Assembly (NCBI GenBank): GCA_951406725.2
Contig: OX597832.1
Location: 16,864,001-16,928,000 of the forward strand
Source: Octopus vulgaris
Taxonomy: Eukaryota
Length of the DNA: 64,000 nt
Direction of reading: 5' to 3'
A program made the translations under genes and the position numbers. Positions 13,249 to 26,108 of this stretch are shown piece by piece (position 1 is the stretch's first letter; each line of letters begins with the position of its first letter). Under the pieces are notes generated by a model. It saw nothing but the letters and a program-made list of their open reading frames with translations, was not told the origin of the DNA and made no database searches.

Positions 13249-13894
13249 CATACATACAAATATATATAATTGTCCTAGTGTTTGAGTAACGTTTCAAAAT
13301 ATATTATAGTTACTCAAATCAATATTTAATCAATAAGAAATATAAGAAGTTTATTGATTTCGATACACTAAAATCATTTTATAAATACACTGTATGCGTA
13401 TTTACGCATATATGTTTGTATGCTTGTATATATGTACGTTTGTATTTATATATGTATATACTTATCTCTGTAGGTGCATATACACTTCAATATGCCCCTC
13501 TTTTTATGGGAAATATAATATGTGAACCAATAAGATTAGATGTAAAATCACTCGATACTGAAATATAGAATGTTTATCTATTTTTATGAAAAAATAAAAA
13601 GAGAAAGGGATGAATAAGACTCATTCACTTTACAATTTGCCTTTTATTAGCTTTGCCAGATACCGTATTTTTTTAGCCTGGGTCACCAGTAATATACTTC
13701 GGTATAAATCTTGCTTGTAGCATACTCGTTACGTCTAGTAAAAGCTTATGTGATTGGATGTGGTTCAATATTTGAACGTTTGAAAAAAAAAAAAAAAACA
13801 GAAACATTGACGCAATGTAAACTATAGAATAGTTCTAGTAATTACACTGTTGCATGGACAGAATAAATGGCAAGGGCAAGAACGGTGAAAGGGT

Positions 13895-13921
13895 TGATGG
13901 TAATGATGTTGATGATGATGT

Positions 13922-13969
<48 letters not shown>

Positions 13970-13982
13970 CGACGACGACGAC

Positions 13983-14020
<38 letters not shown>

Positions 14021-14042
14021 CGACGATGATGACGACGACGAC

Positions 14043-14104
<62 letters not shown>

Positions 14105-14192
14105 CGATGATGATGATGACGATTATGATGATGACGATGATGAAGATGACGATGATGAAGATGATTATAATGATAGTGACGATGGTGATGAT

Positions 14193-14236
<44 letters not shown>

Positions 14237-14382
14237 TGTGGTAGTAGCTGCAGCAACGGCAGCAACAGCGGCATCAGCAGCAGCAGTAATAGTAGTGGTA
14301 GCGATAGTGGTAGTGGCAGTTGCAGCAGCAGCAGTAGCAGTTGAAGAACAACAACAATAACAACAACAACAACAACCACTAC
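13895..14382. repeat. Compound trinucleotide microsatellite (GAT/GAC)n-(GTA)n-(GCA)n-(ACA)n
   Basis: Direct triplet tracts that produce the poly-D, poly-H and poly-M pseudo-ORFs. Confidence 0.95.
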
Positions 14383-14575
14383 AAGAAGAGAAGCAAGGAG
14401 AAAAATGGAATTAGAGATATACGATAGTAATGATATTGATGACGATGTTCATGATGATGATGCTGACGAGAAGAAAGTGTGTGAGTAGGAGGGGCAGGGG
14501 AAACAAGATTAAGGGGGACATAGAGAAAAACAAGCAAGAGGAAAGGAAAAGGGGCAATTTCTGAGTCGAGGATAG

Positions 14576-14634
<59 letters not shown>

Positions 14635-15004
14635 CATTATCATTTTTTTTTTCTTCTTCTTATATTGAGGGGTTAATAATTTCAATGACAAAAGAAGATT
14701 CTATGGACATTTTTCCTGTATTGATAAATTCTCCGGCTTTGGTATTTTTGGATACGTTTTGCGTGGAAGTACACAAAGGATTATAGGATTTAAAGAGAGG
14801 TTCTTTAGGATCATGGCTAAAGGAATGCATAGAAATGCTACGCTTTGGACAAATACATGACGTTGTATGTTACTTGTGAACACAGGTTCATGTACATACG
14901 CAAACACGCATATGCGTGTGTGTATGAGTGTTTGTGGATGTGTTGCGTGCTTTTATATTTTTTCCGAAAATATAATCATTTACATAGCTATAGCTTTGTG
15001 CATA

Positions 15005-15012
15005 CATATAAA

Positions 15013-15048
<36 letters not shown>

Positions 15049-15050
15049 TG

Positions 15051-15105
<55 letters not shown>

Positions 15106-15162
15106 GTATATATGTATATGTATGTATGCATATATATATATATGTAAATATATATATATGTA

Positions 15163-15199
<37 letters not shown>

Positions 15200-15720
15200 A
15201 AGTATGTATGTATATATATATATGTATATATATATGTATGTATATATATATATATATAATATGTACATACAAAATATTTTCTCTATTTGTAAATATCTTT
15301 TCATTCATATAAATATATTGACATAAATACAAGCATTAATATTTATATGCATACCTTCTTAAATACATACATACACGCTTACATACATACACACATGCAT
15401 GCATACATACATATATACATAAGTACATACATACATGCATACTTAGATACATACATGTATACATACATACATGCATACATACATGGATGCATACATATAT
15501 ACATACATGTATACATACATACATACATGTATACATTCATGCCTTCATAGATACATACATACATGCATGCATACATACATACATGCATACATACATACAT
15601 ACATACATACATTCATGCATACATGCATACATAGATACATACGTGCATACATTCATACATACATACATATATGCATACATACATACATGCATACATGTAT
15701 ACATATTCATGCCTATATAG
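15005..15720. repeat. (TA)n and (TACA)n/(TGCA) compound microsatellite
   Basis: Direct di- and tetranucleotide tracts. Confidence 0.9.
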
Positions 15721-16027
15721 ACGTACGCAGAAATGTGTAAATTCACTATACTTAAAATTTAATTCAAAGAGAAGCACCTTCATATAATCTGGTGAATTCC
15801 CGGTTTCGTAAAGAATATGAAAAGAATCGATAATTGTATATATTCTTAAATCCTTTATAATTTTAAATATGAAAAAAAAAATAATCATCACCACTTCGGA
15901 AAGTATATAATGTGTAAAACAGAAGTATATAAAGTTTAAATACATGTCCAAGGGGACATTTGCGTGATTACGCGTGTATACACACACACATACTAACGCA
16001 TACATACATATATATATAATATATATG

Positions 16028-16097
<70 letters not shown>

Positions 16098-16223
16098 CGT
16101 ATGTATGTTTTTCTATATATGAATGACTGTGAACGCTTGCACAAATTAAGCATTCCGTTATTTGAATATAAAAGTGCATATTTTAGCATATATATCAAAT
16201 ACGCATACAGAAGCAAATGCGCA

Positions 16224-16262
<39 letters not shown>

Positions 16263-16520
16263 ACACAAATAGAATTTCAAACAAACATGCATTCACGCAC
16301 ACAGAAACATCTCAAATGAAGCCGGATAGGGTATTACTTTCGTTATTTCTCTTCGCATTTTTTTTTTCCTTTCAGAAATTGAGAAAACCCTATATTTCAA
16401 AGTTATATTGAATCACGAGGTGTTGAAATGTGTGTCGCAGGCACACACGTGAACGCTTACCAATGTTGCAAATCAATCTCTCTCTGCATATATATATATG
16501 TACGTATGTATGTATATATA

Positions 16521-16720
16521 TGCGCAGGAGTGGCTGTGTGGTAAGTAGCTTGCTTACCAACCACATGGTTGCGGGTTCAGTCCCACAGCGTGGCATCTTG
16601 GGCAAGTGTCTTCTGCTATAGCCCCGGGCCGACCAATGCCTTGTGAGTGGATTTGGTAGACGGAAACTGAAAGAAGCTTGTCATACGACAAACTTCTTTC
16701 AGTTTCCGTCTACCAAATCC

Positions 16721-16793
<73 letters not shown>

Positions 16794-17007
16794 TGTGTGT
16801 CTGTGTTTGTCCCCCCAGCATTGCTTGACAACCGATGCTGGTGTGTTTACGTCCCCGTCACTTAGCGGTTCGGCAAAATAGACCGATAGAATAAGTACTG
16901 GGCTTACAAAGAATAAGTTCCGGGGTCGATGTGCTCGACTAAAGGCGGTTCTCCAGCATGGCCACAGCATGGCCACTGAAACAAGTAAAAGAGAAAAGAG
17001 AAAGAGA
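16521..17007 (+). mobile_element. SINE family A, full length, with an internal 34-bp foldback duplication
   Basis: Head to tail matches the family. 16649-16682 is repeated inverted at 16687-16720. Confidence 0.9.
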
Positions 17008-17010
17008 ATA

Positions 17011-18400
17011 TACAGGAGTTTCAAACGTATATATTTTAATATGAAGTAGAACCGCATTGAATACAGCTTGAATTCTACGAGGTATGGACTCGTTCAAAGA
17101 CTGAATGGTTTCCAAAGGAAAGTTGCCTATTCTTCAGCTAAAACAGTCATTAGTTCTTCTAGTGATGATGGTGGACGATAATGACTCCTGACTTGTTTTT
17201 TTCTTTTCATTTCTCTTTTTTTAAATCCACCATAAATGTTCAATAATATTGAGATCTGGGGACTGTGGGTGGCCGATAAGATGTTCAACTCCACTAGAAT
17301 GTTCCGCGTGCCATTCAGTAACAACTTTAGTTTTGTGAATTGGTGCATTATCATCCTGAAAATTTTCGTTTGCTTCTGGAAACAATTCCGCATCCAAAGA
17401 ATGAAAATTATCAGATAAAATGCTTAAAAACTCTCGACTATTAATTCTACTATGAAGGGCAACCATTGGGACGGCGGATTTCCAAGATATCATATCATTG
17501 TTCTTACGCTATGTTTGGAAGAAGGCACTCTGGAAGAAGGCAGTCAAATGCTTCTTTTTGCTGTCTCCACAGGTATAGTTGGCCGGTTGTCAAAAATAAG
17601 ATACAGTATGATTCATCTGCGAAAATAATATTCTTCCATTGCCCTATGGACCAATTCTGTTTGTTTTTGAAAGTAGTGGTTTTCTGGTTGCAGCCCTGCC
17701 GTGAAATCTGGCTATGTGCAGCTCCCGGTAAACAGGTTTTTTGAAAACTTGGTATTCGAGATGGTCATTAAGCTCTGCAGTAATTTTGGGAGATGTATAT
17801 TTGTGATCCTTTCTAACAACTCACGTAAGAGTCCGGCATCCCTATCTGAAGGTTTGATTTTCTTCCGGTGTTTTGTTTCGAAGTTTTCCCTCTATCTCAA
17901 AGGCTGTCATTACTTTCGAGACAGTACTTCTTGACACACCAAACATTTCGGCTGTTTTCGATTTGCTAGAGCTTGCCATACGATCACCAAGGATTTGACC
18001 TCTTCGGAAGTCTGATAGATCTGTATTTTAATGAATTTTAATTACGTTTTTCTAATGATATCAGAAAAGAAACAGCAATTTTAGCAAAAACATGTTAAGC
18101 AACACTTAATAAATACAAAAACATAACAAGGAGTCATTATCGTCCACCATCATCATTAATACAAGCATTAATATTTATATGCATACCTTCTTAAATACAT
18201 ACATACACGCTTACATACATACATACATTCATCCATACATACATACATGCATGCATACATGCATGCATACATGCATACATACATACATACATACATATTC
18301 ATGCCTATATAGACGTACGCAGAAATGTGTAAATTTGGCGGTTTTGTAGATATTTCAAAATTATGACACTAGTTGTTTCCATTATTTTGTCCAACTTCTA
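17011..18400 (-). mobile_element. Decayed Tc1-family DNA transposon (DD36E spacing)
   Basis: Minus ORF 17221-17493 contains FQDDNAPIH...SPDLNIIEHLW. A Tc1-like TIR (GTTGGACAAAATAATGGAAACA, reverse complement) lies at about 18374-18400, with a remnant TACAGGAGTT at 17011. Frameshifts and stops elsewhere. Confidence 0.85.
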
Positions 18401-18449
18401 TCTCTCTCTCTCTCTCTCTCTTTATCTCTCTATCTCTCTCACTATATAT

Positions 18450-18878
18450 AGAAATCCCATTGTAACTGATCGACTATCTTATGTTTCAAAAAAAGAAGTT
18501 CTTCCATTAGAACAATGCTCAGCCATATACAACGAGAATGACATTCCAAAGGCTGGAGCTGTTTGAGTTGGAAACGATGCCTCACCGACCATATTCGTCG
18601 GACATTGCCCTATCTGATTACCATATATGCTACAGTCTTCATAATCATTTGGACGTGAAGAATATGAATTCCCTAAAGGAGGTCAGAACCATATTGGAGG
18701 ATTACCTTTCGTCAGGGACGAGTGAAATTTGGAAGAGGGGCCTTCCAAATCTGCGAGATACATGGAAGAGCTGTGTAGAAATGAAAAAGAGTATATTTTA
18801 GACTATAAAAAGATCTTTTGATTTTGAAAAATAATAGAAGTATGACAAAACTGCACTATTTATGCGATGACCTAATAT
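18450..18878 (+). mobile_element. Mariner (DD34D-type) transposase 3' fragment with TIR remnant
   Basis: ORF 18538-18801 contains MPHRPYSSDIALSDYH (degenerate HPPYSPDLAPSDY) and a GLPNLRDTWKSCVE C-terminus. Ends in TATTTATGCGATGACCTAATA. Confidence 0.8.
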
Positions 18879-18912
18879 ATAGGCACGTAAGAATGTCTGT
18901 ATGTATTTATGT

Positions 18913-19143
18913 AAGGCGGTGAGCTGGCAGAAACGTTAGCACGCCGAGCAAAATGCCTAGCCGTATTTCGTCTGCCGTTACGTTCCGAGTTCAAATTCGG
19001 GCGAGGTCGACTCTGCCTTTCATCCTTTCGGGGTCAATAAATTAAGTACCAGTTACGCACTATGATCGATGTAATCGACTTAATCCCTTTGTCTGTCCTT
19101 CTTTGTCCCCTCTATGTTTAGCCCCTGGTGGGGTAGTAAAGAA

Positions 19144-19146
<3 letters not shown>
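18913..19146 (+). mobile_element. tRNA-derived SINE family B, full length
   Basis: GGCGGTGAGCTGGCAGAAACG (A box), GAGTTCAAATTC (B box), central CTGCCTTTCATCCTTTCGGGGTC domain (resembles the Meta/MESC SINE domain, from recall) and a GTAAAGAAATA end. Inserted in (TATG)n. Confidence 0.9.
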
Positions 19147-19174
<28 letters not shown>

Positions 19175-19751
19175 CATGCAGGTACGTATGTATATTTTTA
19201 TGTATTCATTTTATTTTGGTTAGTTACATCTAAGCCGAAAATAAGATGTCCACTGGATTTTATTTCTATACATTGGATTGACCTATTGGATAGAATGTTG
19301 TCCAATTTATTGGTAGAATTATTGAATGTTTGCTCCTATGATTGGCTGGTTCATAGTTTCATATCAATATTATTTGGATGGATGCTCAGTATTGGCTTTT
19401 TGTATATAATGTATGCATGCTCACACACACAAGCACACAGAGAGACGTGTAGCTAGATTAGGAAAAAAATAAAATACAAGGACGGTGTATATTTTCACAT
19501 TTGATTAAGCATATATGTACAAGTGCATGTATATGTACGTATACATATATATATATATGTGTGTGTGTGTGTACGTGTGTATGCGTGTGTGTGTACATAT
19601 ATACATAAATATATGTATATATGTACATTTATGCATTTATACATACATATACATATATATATATATATGCATACATATGTATATATATGGACGTTTGGTT
19701 GCAAACGTATATATAGGTACACACATTTATATTCATACATATACCGATATC

Positions 19752-19783
<32 letters not shown>

Positions 19784-19914
19784 CAGGTATACAATCATAT
19801 ATGTATACATGCATACATATATAGATACACACATATATATGTATACACACATGCATACGCTCACCATTGATCGTGTGTATAGGTAGATGAATAAATACAT
19901 AGGTTGTGAGATAG

Positions 19915-19928
19915 ATAGTCAGCTAGAC

Positions 19929-19970
<42 letters not shown>

Positions 19971-20003
19971 TTAGATAGATAGACAGATAGATAGATAGAT
20001 AGA

Positions 20004-20039
<36 letters not shown>

Positions 20040-20045
20040 TAGATT

Positions 20046-20076
<31 letters not shown>

Positions 20077-20113
20077 TGATAGACAGATAGATAGATAGAT
20101 AGATAGATAGATA
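19915..20113. repeat. (GATA)n microsatellite
   Basis: Direct tetranucleotide tract. Confidence 0.95.
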
Positions 20114-20582
20114 CATAGTCGCTAGCAAACACATGATGTCGTTCTAACTAGTAGTTATCTAGAAGAGCATAGTGTATATCTAATGTTGCCTCTATCGATC
20201 TGACATCATGCTATTAAAGTCACTCGCTTCATTTATCAGGGCTCCTGACGGGGAGCACATCTCTATCTTTTTTTATGGCGCAACAAGACAAAAAAATACA
20301 AAAAAAATGAACCATTATAACTTGCAGCCAATCAGCCTTCACGTTTACTTTCTGTCTATGCTTTAAGCTTTCTCCTTAATTACCTGGTCTTTTGAAGACA
20401 ATGATTTTTTTTTCTTTGGCTGGATGTTGTTTTATTCTCCATTATATTTCCTGGTATGTTTTTAGAATCGTTATCATCACTTTCCCAGGTTTTACATCTG
20501 TTATTTTTTTCTCTAAGTTGTCCTTCTTGTTTAATAGCATTAATAAATTGTGCTCTATGTTATGCTCCGATATATTCTAGGC

Positions 20583-20623
<41 letters not shown>

Positions 20624-20888
20624 TATATATACATATACATGCATACACATACACATATACATACATATATATATATATTTATATATATATGTTTATATTA
20701 TATTTATATATATATAGAGAGAGAGGCAGGTAGACAGAAGTAGATAGATAGATGATATGCATATATATGTAGCATATGGTATTAACATGCGTAAATTTTT
20801 GAATACATAAATGTATGCATATTTAGGTGTTATACCAATATACATATTTGCGTATACATATATGTGTGTTTGAGAGTATATATATACA

Positions 20889-20949
<61 letters not shown>

Positions 20950-20963
20950 TGTATATATACGTA

Positions 20964-21430
20964 TATTGGGTAGGTTAAAATTTCTGTGCGGTTATTTAAG
21001 CTATAAAAAACATATTTCAAACTCAGGTCGATTTATTCCCCCATGATTATAATTAGCGTTTCATTCTACTATCCACTGTCGCCATGTTTTCAGAGACACT
21101 ATTCCTTGCTCAAAGAAGTGTCGGTCTCTACTGGTGAAGAATTCTCATACGTTATTTTTTTTATCGTCTATATCTTTTAGAGGTCTGTCCATAATATAAA
21201 CATATAGGAGACCAAAAAAGACAGAAATCCCAAGGATACATACTGCAGAAATTTGGAGGTAACGTCACCATTTCTCACACAAGCCACACCAATTACTCTA
21301 ACTACACAGTCCATAATTTCCATTCGTCTCCTCCATTTTCAGGATGAACCAAGCACTGAAAAGGAAACCCACTCGTCACGTATTTTCATAGAACTACGTT
21401 CAAATGACAAGTGACTAAGGGATGTGCTCG
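20964..21430 (-). mobile_element. Old mariner-like 3' fragment
   Basis: TIR-like TATTGGGTAGGTTAAAATTTCTGTGCGGTT. The minus translation EFFTSRDRHFFEQGIVSLKTWRQW resembles a mariner C-terminus. Right boundary uncertain. Confidence 0.45.
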
Positions 21431-21669
21431 CGCAGTAACAAACTGACAATAGCTACTTATTACGGGGCTTGAAATTCGGTGACAACAAAAAGAATCAGAC
21501 CGTCATACGCACACACACGGACACACCTATATATACACAGGGATCTACATATACATATATAAATATATTAATACATACACACGCATACACACACACACAC
21601 ACACACACATACGGCGAGGTACCTAACATAACCGGAAACAGATCTATATTTAAAAGATTAGGAATTATG

Positions 21670-21950
21670 TACATTATTTGCATTTGACGGATATTTGTCC
21701 TCATCGTTATTGTTGTTAACACAATTTTCGGCTGATATATCCTCCAGCATTCATCAGGTGTTTTGTGGAAATTTCAAACCTGGGTTCTCATTCCTAAGGT
21801 ACTTTTCAAAGTTATACATTAGGAATGAGAACCCAGGTTCGGAATTTCCCGAATTCACCTGATGAAGACACCTGACGTAGGGTATATCAGCAGAAACGTT
21901 GTATTAACAACAAACATGAGGGCAAATATCGGTCGAATGTAAATAGTGTA
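21670..21950. mobile_element. Palindromic Penelope-like remnant with a hammerhead-like motif in each arm
   Basis: Inverted arms at about 21670-21797 / 21819-21950, including a 21-bp perfect core AACCTGGGTTCTCATTCCTAA. CTGATGA...GAAA motifs occur at 21718-21762 (-) and 21856-21905 (+). Confidence 0.7.
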
Positions 21951-23989
21951 TATCTGGAAACGTTCTCTGTCGGACAAGCACGTTATAGTTCAGGCTTCCG
22001 CCACTAGATAGATATATAGATATTAGTATTTATGTAGTATTAAGATAGTTTTAGCATATATTCACTAAATTTGACTGAAGCCGATGGAAGACCGCTTTAA
22101 AGAGGGAGGGGTATGTGGGTTCTGTACACACATACATATATATATATACATACATATATATGACTAATATACACCATTTTCAACTTGTGATTACCTGCAT
22201 GTACGTTTGTAAATGTGTGTATTTGTGAGTAGGTATGTATATGTGTGTGCGTGAGAGACAGAGAGAGAGAGAGAGAGAGGTCTTATAACTGTCTGTGTCC
22301 TTACTTTTGGAGGTCTTCATTGTTGCTGTCACACATTGGGAAATTTTAAGATTACGTCAAAATTTTCAAATTCGTTATATTGAAATAATTTTCCACATGA
22401 AATCCGATTTCGTTATTTTAGAAAAATTGTTTTAGAAAATTTTTAGAAAATTGTTGTTTTTGAAAAATTGCAGAAAAAATTTACTGCGGTTTAAAGCTTA
22501 ATCAATTTTGCTTAGTTAGAAAACACGATTTGGACGCTGACATTTTCTGCATGATCGCTCTCTATCACAAAATGAAAGCAGAATCATTACGAGGATGAAT
22601 TCTTTTTAGGCAAACGAAATCAAAGCATTACGATGACCAAAGTTGAAAGAAATTCTGAAGTTTTAATAAGTTTTAATGAACAAATTCATGTGATACGTTC
22701 GAACAGATATGTAAATAATCTAAAACGTAAAAGACATCCTCAACAAAGATTTTTTTTTTTTTTTGCGAAAATTTGCACAAATCTGAAGGCCTGCTCTAAC
22801 AAAAGACATTCTGTAATTTGAAAAATGCTGGCAACGACAGGTTATTCAGCTAGTGTAAAAATAACAGAATTCCTTTTTACTTTAGAGATTGGCGGAACGT
22901 TATATATTGTGAAAGTTCCCTGTGAGACACATTTCAGAAGCATTTTATGTTCGTAGATCTCCAGCAGGAATTTAGCAATGTGAGAAATGTGTTTGTTTCG
23001 TTTGTTTTTCATTGGCTTCCAAATTAATCATTTCTTTTCAAAAATACCTTGGTGTTTTCGAGGTGTGGATGATGAGCGGTGTAATCCTATTGGTAAAATG
23101 ATACATGAGTTTTCTGTATTCGCTATTCGCGTGTAGTTTGTTATCATGTCAAGGATGGGAATAGTAATCTAGTGTATCAGGAATTTCATAAAGTGTATAT
23201 CCTTTCGGGTCAAGGCTTCCATTTTCGGTAAATACATAAGAATTACCTTCGTCCAACATACACTCACACACACACTTACACATACACACACGCAAATACA
23301 CACACACGCACGTACACACACACAAACATACGTGAGAGCGTGTTACGCACACACACACCCGCATATATAATATTAATAACAAGTGGAACGGACGTTTTTC
23401 ACATCCATAATTTTTTTCACAATTATTTACAGATGAAACACGTCTAGGTTCTGTAAAGATGCAGTAAATAATTGTTAAATAAAACTATGGGTGTGAAACG
23501 TTTCCCTTTTATTTATCATTATTAATACTATTACTTACTTTACGGAAAATATATAGTCCTGAACTGGTCACTCGGATTTACCCAACGAGAAATGTTACCA
23601 GAGCCTAACAATTTATTGTAAGCTCGGGAAAGGCCTTTGTAGTTGACCGGCATCTGAAACCGACTTCGGAAATACGGTAACCCTCAGTGTAAAATATATG
23701 TTTAAAGTATTATATATATATATATATATATGGTGGTTTCCTACTTCTTGTGCAGCGTTTGACCACCTCCTCTACCTACACCTTAGATCCATTATGGCAT
23801 TTGTTTATGACTTTTTAAACCAGACAATGTATTGAAAAGACACCCACATAGATTTCATATTTGGTTTGTACCACCAAGAGCTGCAGTTAAGTTCTGATCT
23901 TTGCGGATTTAAAAATGTCTTTTGAGGCCTCCATTAGAACTGAAGAAATTATGGCATACACGGCGTTGAAAACTGTGCATGAATACATA

Positions 23990-25680
23990 AGCAGAGTAGT
24001 TGATGGAACAGGGACAAGTGAACGAACCAGATGACCTCTTTGTCGTCTCAACTATAACCAGCGATGCTGTTACGATGGAATACATCGACATTAGCAAAGA
24101 AGATATACTACTAGCCATAGATGAGGTGGAGGTAAACTCAACTTCTGGTCCTGATGGTTTCCCAGCAGTCCTCAAATCGTGTAAGCGTGCCCTAGCAAAA
24201 CCCTTCCAGATTCCATTCCAGAGCTTTCTTGCAAATGGCAGACTGCCAACCAAGCTGAAGGAAGGAATAATATGCCCAATCCATAAAGAGGGAAGCAGAG
24301 CAGATGCCAAAAAGTATAGGCCTATCTATCTGACTTCAGACATCAGCAAAGCCATGGAAGGAAAGTCAGCGAGAAACTAAACGCATTCCTTGAGGAAAAT
24401 AATTTTGAATGATTCCTATCATGGCTTTCGACCAGGTGGCAGCTGCCTGACTCAACTGTTACAACATTAGGACTGAGTGTTGAGGCAGTTACTCGACAAC
24501 TTAAATGTGGACGTAATATACCTTGATTTTGCAAAAGCTTTTGACAAAGTGGACCATGGTATGATATGCCACAAACTGCGGGATCTCGACAGAGCTGGAA
24601 AACTTCGGGAGTGGTTAGATGACTTTCTGAAAGATAGAAGTCAGGCAGTACTGGCCAATGGAGCCACCTCAAAGAAAACACAAATAGCGAGCGGTATTCC
24701 ACAGCGCACTATCTTGGTAACAATGGTTTTCACAGTGGCCATCTCAGATAGGCTCTCAACTGCCCAGATAGCCACTCTTGTGAAAATCTCGCAGAAAATA
24801 TAGAACACCAGCGATGTTGCACATCTGCAGCAGGAATTGGACTCAATTTACAGATAGGCTGAGTATAAAAATATGCATTTTAATGTCGAAAGATTCCAAG
24901 CCCTGCACTACCAGCGTCCTCAACTGAGTAACAAACTTACATGGTACACTGGTCCACAGCGAAATTCAATCCCAGAGCCTAAATCAGTGAGGGACCTGGT
25001 TATCGACATGAGTGATGATACCTCTTTCCATGTGCACATTACCAGGATTGCGACAAAGTGCAGACGACTGGCTGGATGGATCCTGAGAACATTCAGAACC
25101 AGAGATAAGGAAACCATGATGGTCCTCTGGAGGACCAGCTATGGTCACCCATCAGTGTAAAATTAACAGCGGAGCTTGAAGCAATCCAGCGAAGATTCAC
25201 AAAAAAGATCTTCTCTTTGCAACCGCTCAGCGAATGGGAAAGGCTGCGACAGCTAAGTATGCGGGAGAGGTATGCAGTAATATATATCTGGAAGATCCTG
25301 GAAGGAATTGTGCCTAATTTTGTCATCGAAAGCTATACCAATTCCAGAACGGGTCGATACCTGCATAGTGCCAAAGATCCCAGCAATACAATCGCGCTTC
25401 AGGACCAGTTACTGCAACAGCCTGGGTTTCAGGGTCCCACAGCTTTTTAATATTCTCCCAAAGAGAAGGAGGAACTGCACAAAGTAGATGTATGCGTTTT
25501 TAAATCAAGGCCGACGTCTTTCTGTCGAGAGTCCCGGATGAACCTATCTCACAGCAAATGAGAGTAGCTACATGAAATTCCATTCTTCACCAAGTGCCAC
25601 ATATTGGAGGAGGTTCTCAGTAGTAACAGTGTAGGAAAACTGTGGTGCATCAGCATGGCCGCAGCTCTGAGCTGAAACTA
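23990..25680 (+). mobile_element. 5'-truncated, decayed CR1/L2-type LINE (reverse transcriptase pseudogene)
   Basis: ORF fragments contain SGPDGFP, PIHKEGSR..YRPIYLTS, VDVIYLDFAKAFDKVDH, SGIPQ and SVRDLVIDMS. The YADD motif appears deleted (ATL|VKISQKI). The 3' end is GGTGCATCAGCATGGCCGCAGCTCTGAGCTGAAAC. Confidence 0.9.
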
Positions 25681-26108
25681 CAGAGGATGTATATATATAT
25701 TAGCAAACAATTATATAAAAAAAGATAATGCAAATGAAGCTAAAATGATAAGTTTATAATTTAAGGTTTATTAACACCCTTTATCACAAAAAATTGATAA
25801 ACACAAATTGAAGAGCTCAAAACCCATAGAATTGTCTCCCCTTATCCACAACACAGGAACTGAAGAACTACAATTACTACTACTTCCTGTTTTGCCAACA
25901 CCCTTAATTAAACTAAACAACACATGGCTTTAATTCCATTGGATCCTAATACTTCAAGGTAATTTTTTCGTGAACAATCATTAAACTCAAGATACACAAA
26001 GACTTCACAATGTATCGGAGTACTTATTTCTTTATTTTTGTACATATTTATTTATTTTTTTTTTGCAAAAAACAATGTAATTTTCTTTTTTCCCCTTTCT
26101 CACTTTAC

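Noticed and set aside
13822-14379. Poly-Asp, poly-His and poly-Met ORFs that could be read as an acidic biomineralisation or metal-binding protein
   Set aside because: Open in several frames and both strands because of triplet repeats. No signal peptide, splice context or unique domain.
22380-22860. Possible old Tc1-like remnant (NLKRKRHPQQR)
   Set aside because: Too degenerate, with no catalytic motif or TIR pair visible.
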